Origin: Trichoplax adhaerens
Taxonomy: Eukaryota > Animalia > Placozoa
Direction: 5' to 3'
Assembly: GCF_000150275.1 (NCBI RefSeq)
Contig: NW_002060951.1
Location: forward strand, 993,098 to 1,057,097
Length of the DNA stretch: 64,000 bases
In this document: positions 41,701-52,918 of the stretch, in pieces
How the letters are laid out: the number at the start of each line of letters is the position of its first letter
How positions within the stretch are numbered: the stretch's first letter is position 1
Translations under genes and position numbers: made by a program
The notes under the pieces: model-generated
The model's input: only the letters and a program-made list of their open reading frames with translations
Database searches by the model: none
Told to the model about the DNA's origin: nothing

Positions 41701-42260
41701 AGTCGATTCAAGACTTTGTAAGCATGGAAGACTAGCCTGATCGGCCATCCTACCATGTTTGTATTTTTACGGATGGGTTTTGATGCTTGTTCTTCCTCTA
41801 TTCTTTTGACTTTCTTTGTACCAGTAAAGCTTGACTACAAGGAGACGTTATGCAAGTGAAATCGCTTGTACAAGTAAAAAAGAGTGTGATACTGGTGTAG
41901 TTTAGACAAGAAACGCAACATAATCCATGTTGGAAAATTACCTTCCAAGTCTTCGGATATAGTCTGATGAACATGTTGTAGCGACGGCATAGTGTTGGCG
42001 ACGTTGGATGGCAATGGAGAATCCATTAATTGGACAAATTGGACATAATTACCAGGGAACATGCCTTTTAAGCCAGTACGAAGATTGGTACCTGTCATCC
42101 AATCTGTAGAAGCTACATCCAGCCATGCATCAAAATCGTTACCCCATTCGTAGGCATCCACAAAAATAACATCGCCATCGCCAATTTCAATTTCTCCTTC
42201 ATAATCTGGATCAGGAGTAAAGGGAAAGGACGCTTTAAATTTGGCATAACGACCAGCCAT
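26732..42260 (-). CDS. PIK3R1: Class IA PI3K regulatory subunit (p85-like): SH3 - degenerate C1 - SAM - C1 - RhoGAP - nSH2 - iSH2 - cSH2
   Basis: Exon 1 (42260-41942) encodes the SH3 ([23 protein letters not shown]). Exons 32791-32744 and 30679-30573 are C1-like. Exon 30372-~29591 encodes SAM, C1 and RhoGAP. nSH2: [16 protein letters not shown]...FMVRDAS...[16 protein letters not shown]. Then a coiled-coil iSH2 and a cSH2 with FLVRES, ending [21 protein letters not shown]. The symbol denotes the PIK3R1/2/3 family. Confidence 0.88.
34748..34960. repeat. Tandem repeat, ~61 bp x ~3.5 (p85-like intron 1)
   Basis: ttgtgcaagtttgtatccctcttctacgatcttt...aagaatcgaattgtaata repeated. Confidence 0.9.
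35661..35995. repeat. Diverged tandem duplication (~185 bp x2, made of ~90 bp subunits)
   Basis: ttttcaatctcatc recurs four times and tttaggcaata three times. Confidence 0.75.
36760..37292. repeat. Tandem repeat, ~5 copies of an 80-125 bp unit
   Basis: gtttactattctt..atggagtccttcc.tagattgaagagtaaaa recurs. Confidence 0.88.
39333..39942. repeat. Tandem repeat, 4 copies of a ~140-155 bp unit
   Basis: aactt.attcaaaggtaacttagtcagtaggatt...gcttgcgatacaa at ~39335, 39482, 39637 and 39777. Confidence 0.9.
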
Positions 42261-42504
42261 CTTTTACAATTGCATCATTTGACGTGGCAAAATGCAGGCG
42301 ATACTAAGCAAAAATGACGATCCCAGTGGTTGGATTGCAATCAGCATGGAGATGGATTACAAACAAATTGCCATCATGGCTGCCTGCAAATCGTCTAGCC
42401 ACAGAGGTTGCAAATGGAGGCACTTGAGCTAAAGTCGATCTAGCGTTCTATAGAGGGGCTTGCCGACGAGGGACTGACTTCTCCTACACTGGTCTTCGAG
42501 TGGA

Positions 42505-43853
42505 GGTCTGCCACGGCCCACAGGGTGTTTTTAACCCTTTACTACTGCACTGACTACGGTCTGCCACGGTCGCGAGGGTGCTTTCAACCCTTTACTACTA
42601 CAATACACTGACACTGTCTGCCAGGGTCGAGAGGGTGCTTTACTACTGCCAGGGTCGAGTGGGTGCTTTACCACTGCAGTACACTGACACAGTCTGCCAG
42701 GGTCGAGTGGGTGCTTTACGGCACTGCAGTACACTGACACAGTCTGCCAGGGCCGAGAGGGTGCTTTCAACCCTTTACTACAGTACTACAGTACACTGAC
42801 ACTGTCTGCCAGGGTCGAGAGGGTGCTTTACAGTACTGTACTGCATTTACTACAGTCTACCAGGGCCGAGTGGGTGCTTTACCACTGCAGTACACTGACT
42901 ACAGTCTACCAGGGTCGAGTGGGTGCTTTACCACTACAGTACACTGACACAGTCTGCCAGGGCCGAGAGGGTGCTTTCAACCCTTTACTACTATAGTACA
43001 CTGACACTGTCTGCCAGGGTCGAGAGGGTGCTTTCAAACTGCATTTACTACAGTCTACCAGGGCCGAGTGGGTGCTTTACCACTACAGTACACTGACTAC
43101 AGTCTACCAGGGTCGAGTGGGTGCTTTACCACTACAGTACACTGACACAGTCTGCCAGGGCCGAGAGGGTGCTTTCAACCCTTTACTACAGTACAGTACT
43201 ACAGCACACTGACACTGTCTGCCAGGGTCGAGAGGGTGCTTTACCACACCAGTACACTGACGCAGTCTACCAGGGCCGAGTGGACGCTTTACCACTACAG
43301 TACTGTACAGTGTACACTGACACTGTCTGCCAGGGTCGAGAGGGTGCTTTACCACTGCATTTACTACAGTCTACCAGGGCCGAGTGGGTGCTTTACCACT
43401 ACAGTACACTGACTACAGACTGCCAGGGTCGAGAGGGTGCTTTACCACTTACCACTACAGTACACTGACACTGTCTGCCAGGGCCGAGTCGGTGCTTTCA
43501 ACCCTTTACTACTACAATACACTGACACTGTCTGCCAGGGTCGAGAGGGTGCTTTACTACTGCATTTACTACAGTCTACCACGGCCGAGTGGGTGCTTTA
43601 CCACTACAGTACACTGACTACAGTCTGCCAGGGTCGAGTGGGTGCTTTACCACTACAGTACACTGACACAGTGTGCCAGGGCCGAGAGGGTGCTTTCAAC
43701 CCTTTACTACTACAGTACACTGACACTGTCTGCCAGGGTCGAGAGGGTACACTGACACTGTCTGCCAGGGTCGAGAGGGTACACTGACACTGTCTGCCAG
43801 GGTCGAGAGGGTGCTTTACCACTGCATTTACTACAGTCTACCAGGGCCGAGTG
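42505..43853. repeat. GC-richer minisatellite, ~28 monomers of ~32-67 bp with a partial 4-monomer (~200 bp) higher-order period
   Basis: Core gtctRccagggYcgagWgggtgcttt with variable linkers built from actacagtacactgac. It explains the repetitive ORFs in the track. Confidence 0.95.
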
Positions 43854-46442
43854 TAATGCCTTTACTGTACAGTCTTTTTGGGTGGTTTACAGTACAGTAT
43901 TTTGCAAGGATATGGACTGGACTGCCGACGGTCTGTCCGTATCCTTTCCTGCAACTTGATCAAGTGGACGCTACTCTACCAACGTGCCAAACAACCAAAA
44001 TGCCTTCCAAATGGAGAGTCCAGTACGATGATCTAGCCGTAAAAGTCCAAAAAAATGGCAGGCGAGATCATTTACAAAGGTACTATGGATGAAAACACCT
44101 TCTTTTCTACCTTGCCATGATAACTTTCAGGTACATCCACGACTGCATCGTCTATGGAGGGTAGAGTAGTGTACACCGTATTGTATCCAATGCTTGATTT
44201 GCCTTCTCAACCCAATCGAGAACACCATTCTGACGTAGCGAAAGCATCCAACTGTTGCTACAGCGATGCTGTACAAAACATCACTCCATTCAATCCCCTT
44301 CTCTATCCTAATAACAACGATATGCCATGCAGTTCCAAGAGAGATGAGCACCATACAGCAGGCGTACTGTTTTAGTCGCTTCAAAAATCATCTCTGAAAG
44401 TAAACAAATAAGCCATTGTGCCAAGAATTGCTGGAGTAGAAAATTTCCCCTTTCTCTCACTCCAGCTGCATCACTAAGGTTATTGATGACCGACGCCACT
44501 GCAAATGCCCATAAGTAGAAGAGCAGATCGACCTAGTAGCTATACGCTGTATACAGCATTGTGAAAGGCAGTGTTTACTTTTTGAAACAACTGTCAGCCA
44601 GCCTGTGCTATCTACATGCACAGCATATTACATGGACATAGCCCTTTCTAGTCAACACTGTTGTTCTCTCTTCAGTCTGGACTAGTGTGTTTGCATTATG
44701 AAAATAAGCTGTCATGACTGCATCAGATCTGATCAAGAATGACAATTCTTCAATCCAGATGTGTCAAGAGTTCGTTTCACTGGGGGATTTACCTCTTCGG
44801 TTCATCAGGTTAATTTATTTCGATTCCGGTTTCAATTTCTTACAATTCTCCTTGAAAGCGAAACCAAACGACTATCTCTTTATTGTGCTGATTGACCCTA
44901 TTATTGGATAGGATTTAGTTTGAATAAACCTTTATAGATGCTGTTATGGATGATGGACTGGTAATGTCTAGGAATTAGGGCAGATAAATTGCATAGCTGC
45001 CTAACTGAGAAGATAACCGTATAATACTAATATCGTAACTGTATTGACACGTTCACTAATAATTTACTAATACGTATGTAATATATATGTATATATATAT
45101 ATCACTTGTGGGAAAGGCAACCCGGAATAAAGAAGTGGACTCCACGCTTAAGGCTAGTTTGCAATGTCTAACCAAGTATTGCGTGATTGACCTAGTGTCG
45201 TGATAGGGAACATAACGGTTGCCTTAAAGTGTTTCAAGTTCAGCGCAGCCTTGAAAATAGATCGATGATCATTTTAATTATCCATGGAAGTAATACCCCA
45301 AATTGAAATGATTTTCAATCCATAAAAATCCCCAACTAACCCCAAGCAATATCATTCCAACAGCATGGTATGCCGATTAAGCTAGAAACAAAACCACTAT
45401 CCCTTTATTATACTGTATCATTATTGAATAAGAGCTTGTAGGAAATATGATAACGTGTTCAATGTCCAGATGAATCTTTTGCACGTATACTACATACTGT
45501 GAGCAAATAAAAATACAAGATATCCATACAAGCAAACCAATATACTGTACTGTCCATTTGCATAACCAAGTACAGTATATTGAAGATGATCTCAATATAG
45601 ACAGTATCCTAAATTCACATAATGGAGTTGTCAACTAATTAAAAAGAAATGTCATTCGCACAGTATGATATGCTAGGCGGACTAAGCTAATCTTTATTCA
45701 AAGTTCTCAAAAGCTTATTCTTAGATCAAGCGATTCCTATAGGCTATCTACTACACCACCCATACTGCTGTATGTAGTCGATCTATCCAATACCTGTTAA
45801 TAATCATGTCCACTTAGCTAGAATGGCTTATATTATTCACTATATGCATCAGGCCCACTGTGTACACTATATACTGTACTGTTATTATCCAGTTTGCCTG
45901 AATTGCTCGTAGCTTCGTTAAATACGCATACCAACAATAATATTTCTCCGATTTTATTGTCAATAATTCAACGTTATAAACCAAAAGATACAGGTGCAAG
46001 GTTATAAATACAAATAGAAGCACATTACTGCATAAGCAAAGACGATACCATACGGGCCATTACCAAGGTGACCACAAGATCGTCTAGTAATCCATGACGA
46101 GAGATGGCCTATGTATACTGTAGTATATATCCACTACAATTATTGCTAAATTAATTAATACAATTCCCTTCAATTCTTTTAAACGCGTAAAACAAATGAA
46201 TTTTATAGTACACACAATTTGTAATATTCATTCAATCTCTTTCAAATATCCTCCTAAAATTACTATCACTCAAGAATTCAAATCCTACACTTAGCATAGC
46301 GTGGAAAATGCGTCCAAAATAAACACATACGATATCATGTTATTATGGTAGATAGATAGTTCAACTCAGAATTTGTACAAATTAATCAATTTACAATTTT
46401 CTGTATGCGGTAATAAGCAACAGCAAAAGCTTATTGACTGCC

Positions 46443-49145
46443 TTATTTTGGTTTCCAACTAGCTGGTTGAAAATCTTTGCCTGTGCTTGCTTGATCCTCA
46501 GAGTCTGCTTTATCATACATAGGTGCAGAAGCATGACCAACTTAAACAACCAATATAAAATAACAGTTTGTAAGTACTAAAGCAACAAATGCAAGATTTG
46601 CAATTATAACTACTATTGAATGAAGCCTGTGAGTAATATGCAATTTTACTGTTAAATAACGGGAGTATACGACAAGTACAGTATAATTTTGTTTATCCTA
46701 AGACGATCTAGTTTGTGCATTATACGAGGAGAATGGACATACCATATCTTGCTCTAGAAGAAGTAGGCAGTTCTTCTGCAATCAAATAACAAAGAGTATT
46801 TGTAAATATACTTGACGTCAGCAACATTGATAGTTTATTAGACTGCAGTTACATAACATTGAGAAAAAAGGGCTATATTTTACATCGGATCTGATCCATT
46901 ATAGATACTAGAAGAGCAGTATTTTTATTATAACAGCATTATAGGCTTACACGTGTACAAGTAATAGCAAAACCTAAACATACCTTCAGGCTTTTGCAGC
47001 ATCTGATTTAAAAACAGTCAAAGATCAAAACCATGTTCAAAAATTGCAGTAAATCATAAACGTCAATATGAATAAAAATCACAGTTTGTTTTGCTGTCCC
47101 TCAACTATTTTGTAGACGTACAGTATATTTACATTATTAACTATTTCGTATACGCAGTACAGTAAAGAAGGAGTTTGTTGATCCACTAAATTTATATCTT
47201 TCGCTAACATACTGTAGAACCGTTGAAAATATAAAAACATACCTGTGCTTCCTTTTCTTCTAACGCTATTACTCTCTTTGCAAGCAATTGTGCCCGCTGT
47301 TCACGCTCGATGAGCTCCTAAAATCAATATGATACTGTGTTAATCATAAAACTTTCAATGTCCATTAACATGATATCTTGGTAAGGAGATAGTGATTATT
47401 ACATGTTATCTATATGATTCCTTTATACTACATACACGTCTAATGTTTAAAATACACTCATCTATATTATCTTCTTACTTCGACAGTGGGAGGTTCAACA
47501 CGTTTACCTCGAAGCCATGCTGCAAAGAATTAATGACCAAAAACGTACATTAGCATCCAAATTAAGAAGCATTGGCATGACATCAAATTTTAGTGGCTTT
47601 TATGAGCAGCCTGTAGCACAGTAATAGCGCGGGGTTAAAGCCTAAGAATGATTCTATGCCAGCTAAAATGCCTCCATCAATTAAGTTTTAATAGTAAGAG
47701 TGGCTGGGATAACACCTCAATTATAATTGTAGATGAATTGCTGATCTTACACCTATAGAAAATGAAGCAAACAGTATCGACTAGAATCTGCTGTTGCACA
47801 CTTTCCTGATAGTCTTAATTAATACCTTCCCATTCAACAGGAATAGAGCCTGGTACATAATCGCATTCTTTGCCTCCGGTTTCTACAATTCTCTTGATTC
47901 GTTTATCCGTTCCTTTCATAATAGCAAATAGAAATGTAGTAAGAGATAATCTTGTATACAGCAATGCACACCTTATTCAATGTAGCATACTAGTACGTAT
48001 TGCACATGTACAAGTCAATTCTAAGCACTAATCGTTTTTTTGCTCTATAAGGTAAAATATCGAGCTGCTACAATGCTGTAGCATTATGATTTTTTGTCCA
48101 GTCAATCAATCAACAAATCCTAATCTCTAGTTAATGTGCATATGGACGTGATGATTGACTCTTGGATAAGCTACAAAAAGAAATTACCGCAAATGATTTC
48201 ATGCCATAGTATGATGTCGTATCATTATTTACGCAAGTTAATATCTTACCAATGTAAAGTCGTATATTTCTAAACTAGAACCATATCCAATTTATGCATA
48301 GTCAGTAATGACCAATCTCACTAATTACATTAGGAATTGAAATTTTCTATCGCTTCAGCAGTACTCTGACTACATCTTGCATATTGTAGGTATATATCTG
48401 CAAAGTCCTACAAATAATCATCCTCCGAATTTAGATTATACGCATATCGTGTAATCTTGAGAAGACTTAAATTAACAGATAGTATCAAAAATTCAGCTTG
48501 CAACTCTTAGCTATCCTTTTCCCCGAATCTAGATTATACGCATATCGTGTAATCTTAAGGAGACTTAAATTAACAGATAGTATCAACAATTCAACTTGCA
48601 ACTCTTAGCTATCCTTTTCCCCGAATCTAGATTATACGCATATCGTGTAATCTTAAGGAGACTTAAATTAACAGATAGTATCAACAATTCAGCTTGCAAC
48701 TCTTAGCTATCCTATTCCCTCTGCAAACGAGTGGAATCCTATACAATGGCCACAATCTCTAACCTAGTTTATCCGATGTCAGTAAGACTAAATGTACGCT
48801 AAACCACCATTATTGAGTGGTATTAGCTATGAAAATAACAAAGGCATCTTACATCACCTGCATAGAGTCTATATACGTCCACATATTAAGCAGTGATTAA
48901 CTGCTCACAACTTGAAGTTGCTGGATAAATTGGTTAAATTATAAGGCATACGCGTATTAAAAGTGCCTAGCTGAGCTAACGTTATTAAACACTTTGACGA
49001 TCTGTAGGGCATACTGCAGTATTAGCATCAATTATTTCATATCCAACATAACTTTACCCGCAGTAATTTCGAAATATTGATTTCCAGATAAATCGGTACC
49101 GACCAATTGCCGAGATTTACTAAAGAGTCTTCGCAACCAGCTCAT
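46443..49145 (-). CDS. NDUFAF2: Complex I assembly factor NDUFAF2 (mimitin, NDUFA12 family); exons approx. 49145-49058, 47913-47826, 47519-47479, 47317-47243, 47002-46984, 46775-46743, 46540-46443
   Basis: MSWLRRLFSKSRQLVGTDLSGNQYFE, IPVEWEAWLRGKRVEPPTVEE, and GHASAP...STGKDFQPASWKPK*. Confidence 0.92.
48425..48718. repeat. Tandem repeat, 3 x ~98 bp in NDUFAF2 intron 1
   Basis: ccgaat.tagattatacgcatatcgtgtaatctt...gcaactcttagctatcc at ~48425, 48523 and 48622, nearly identical. Confidence 0.95.
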
Positions 49146-49436
49146 GGCGTTTTATATTGCGTGAGAAAATCACTAGAGAGAACTACTGTATTAAATCATA
49201 TCATCCTGGTTTAACTTCCTTTCTGTAGTAATGTACTAAACGCTAGTGGGCTACACACGGTACACTATGGGCTACTACTGGTACAGTATCAGGACACAAA
49301 GTACAGTAAAATGCTAAAGCAACTACTATATAAAGTGCAGTATTTGCATAATTGGTGTTGTCCTTGCCAATTTACTTGATTGCTATTTCCAACCTTGCCC
49401 AGCTTTACTGCCAACCTACAGTTTCCAAGGGACAAC

Positions 49437-51497
49437 ATGATTAATACAGGGTAGGAGAGTATGTTGATGTCGATTCCTTTTCAATCCTTACTGTACCCTT
49501 GCAAACGTTAAAATGAACTGTTTCCATCTTACAATAAATCCAGGAAACTTGCTAATCGTACCGCCGTTATTACCGGAGCCAGTCGTGGAATCGGCAAGGC
49601 GATTGCTTTAAAATTTGCTCGCGATGGCGGAAATGTTGTCATTTTCGCTAAGACGGCAAAGCCACATCCTAAATTACCTGGAACAATTTATGATGCAGCT
49701 GAAGAAAGTAAGAGGAATGATATTCTATTGGCAGTCTTGTGTTGATGATATCCAACGAGTTACCTATTCCTAATTTCCAATCAAGACAGTATTGTAGAAT
49801 AGCAAGCGGATGCAACATGTTATTATCCATTTTTATAGCACACTCATACACTTCTTACATGTTATAGTTGAAAAATGTGGCGGAAAAGCATTACCGTGTG
49901 AAGTTGATGTCAGAGATGCACAATCTGTTTCCTCAGCTGTCGAAGCAGCTGTCCGTAAATTTGGTGGCATCGATGTTGTTATTAACAATGCTAGTGCTAT
50001 ATCGCTTACGGGTACGGAGTCTACACCCTCGAACAGGTAGAAAGGAATTCAATCGATTGCAGCAACATTCTTCAATTGAAAATTACAGTCCCCTTTCTAC
50101 TTTAGATTATGTCATTAGCGATTCCTATTCTGAACCATTAGATTATTTTAAAACTTCCTTCGACATTGAAAATACTACTATATAGGTATGACCTGATGAA
50201 CAACGTTAATGCTCGTGGCACATTTATCACGTAAGATCTCTTTCGTTAAGAAGCTAACAGCAAACGATGCATTTGTCAATGTTATGTAACATATTATTAA
50301 AATTTATTTATAATTGCCCTAAAGTTGATACAGTAGGCTGTCAGTAGCTAATAATTCAATCACCTTCTGGATAAATGATATATATATAAACGATGGACTC
50401 GTATTAATATCAAGACAGTGTATATACATATAATATATTATTGTATTACACGTATATGCGTAGATCACAAGCCTGTATTCCTTATTTGAAGCAAAGCAAA
50501 AATCCACATATATTAAATCTTAGTCCACCTCTAGACATGGATCCCAAATGGTTCAAGAATCATTGTGGTGATTATTTTTAAATTAATCGCTTCATAATAT
50601 TCATGACTATTGCATCAATTTCTCGTTAGATTACTTATAGTTACAATAACTAGCTGCCTTTTCATACTGAAGAAGAATTCAAATCTTAGTCGAAGGATGG
50701 ATACGTTATACTAAGCAAGAAATCAATTCATTCCTTTTGTAGCTTATACCATATCCAAGTATGGCATGTCTATGTGTGCTATAGGGATGGCAGCTGAATT
50801 TAAAGGTCAAATTGCAGTCAATGCTTTATGGCCTAAAACAGGTTACAACCATTTCAATAAAATCACCTTAAAGTGTAGTGCAGTATTGTGCAGTGTAAAC
50901 GCTATACGAGTACAGTATAATGTGCACATTCATTTATTGCGCATAGATACAGCACTGCAAACAGTACGATAATGACTTAGTAGTAAGTCGCAAAGGGAAA
51001 AGTGCTGTGACATTAATAATACTTTGCAACACCTTCTTTCCTTATTTTAGCAATCTTTACAGCTGCAGTCAAAATGTTGACTGGTTCCGAAGCAGCAAAG
51101 CACTGTCGCAAGCCTGATATTATGGCTGATGCTGCATATGCGATCGTAACAAAGAAAGCTGCAGAATTTACTGGTAATTGCACTATCGATGAAGATGTCT
51201 TAGCCGATGCTGGTGTAACCGATTTTGAGAGATACGCCTGCGAGCCGGGTAATACGATACGTAACGGAATATTTATAAAAAGTTAAAATAGGATGGTACT
51301 ATCGTATGCTTATATCCAATCCGTAATTTGCTAATTATGGAATGAGTACCGTAGCAATTGACCTTTCACTATTTTAAAATTTCATCTCTTTAGGCAATTT
51401 ATTGCTGGCAGATGCCTTCATCAATATTGATCATAATGACCCAAAGTTCATTACTGAATCAATCTTCGATGTTTCCTTAAAATCGCGAATGCAATAA
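49437..51497 (+). CDS. HSDL2: Hydroxysteroid dehydrogenase-like 2 (SDR family), SDR domain only, about 8 exons
   Basis: MINTG|KLANRTAVITGASRGIGKAIA, AKTAKPHPKLPGTIYDAAEE, FGGIDVVINNASAISLT, LNLSPPLDM, catalytic YTISK, VNALWPKT, CRKPDIMADAAYAI. Ends ...LKSRMQ*. Confidence 0.93.
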
Positions 51498-52918
51498 GAA
51501 ATTTTTCTTATTCCTATCGAGAGTACTACAAGTCATATATTTTTAGAAAACTTTACAACTTTGATCAATCTTAAAAGCTGTAAGATAACTTAAAGTTACT
51601 GTATTTACAGCCAATATCAATTTTAAATATGCTATCAAAAGCATAAGAATATATTGTAAGGTAATCTCGGTATATGCTTGTAAGAGCGCGTTTAACCACA
51701 TCTGTAGCTGTAGTTGCTTTCATCGGTCCTCCTGAGGTTCGCTTACCATAAAATAATAACAGCATTTATCAAAAATTGACAGCAGAATAGAGCAAACTAG
51801 CTATTTGATCTTGGAAATTTCTCAACACCGTTTTTTATGTCTTACCTTTTAAATGGCTATTTTTACATGATTACGTGAATATCATTGGTGGATCATACGT
51901 AGAAATAAATAAAAAATGATATAAAAGTGAGAAAAGCTTGTTAGTCAACGATTGTTCACTGTTCAGCTATTGACCTCATTTTTATAGTACTTCATGTCGT
52001 CACAATAGCTATCGCTAATAGGTTAGATACTGTAATAGCATCATTCTATCCCCTCTTATCAAGATTTTAGATTGAACTCTCTTCTCATAAAACGAATTGA
52101 ACTTGCTTAACTATATTACTTTACAATATCGCATGAAATGCTCATATGTATAGTATGGGAGGCAATGAAGATCAATTCATGACACAGCACTGATAGCGAT
52201 CAAAGATTTTAATTTCCCAATTCAAGTATAAATCTCATATCTCAGACATGCAATTATGTACATCCGCGTGAGTCATTGCTCCATAAATTCTGAGCCATTT
52301 CTAGTTTCAATACTACTGAATTCTATTTATTGTATTGCTATATTATTCAATCTATGTACCCGTCCAGGCTGTACTTTACTTTCATAATACTTTGAAATCC
52401 TTATAGATTGCATTTTTTATGCAAACCTAAATGAGTATTAATTAATGATTATACATTTGCGGTACCCTACCACCTGTATGATATAATAAATTGAAGAATC
52501 TCATACAGCACATTCCATATCTCACATAGTGCATTATACTTACTGTATATCATATACAGTACTTAAAGTTTTGACCAGTGTTATTACCATTATATTGTAG
52601 AATGTAGACTGTACTGTACTGTGCAATATTCTTTGAAACACATAATTAATAATAACAAAATAAATAGCATAGAAGTATTAAGTTATCTGTAATATATTCA
52701 CTATACCGGTTAACAATGTTTCCATTTAATGGCAATCCAATATAGTGATACTAGCATTTCTTAGTGCAATGCACTGTGCCATTTTCGTTGTTACTTTCCA
52801 TAGTAACAACGTGCCAAACTTCACATTGCAATTTAACATAGCTACAGTGTAATACTCGTTGTATACAAAAATACTACAATATGTGAATCTACACAAATTG
52901 CATTGATTATCTAACATA

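Noticed and set aside
42280-42287. UPRE-like TGACGTGG near the p85-like ATG
   Set aside because: A single 8-mer 20 bp from the start codon, probably in the 5' UTR; chance is likely.
42531-43822. Repetitive ORFs on both strands
   Set aside because: Translations of the minisatellite with no consistent frame.
42505-43853. CRISPR-like appearance (constant ~26-bp core plus variable linkers)
   Set aside because: The linkers are variants of each other rather than unique spacers, there are no cas genes, and the context is eukaryotic.
45103-45256. Inverted repeat aaggcaacc/ggttgcctt plus a small hairpin suggesting a structured RNA
   Set aside because: A 9-bp stem is expected by chance in 64 kb. No snRNA, RNase P/MRP, ribozyme or full telomerase-template motif was recognised.
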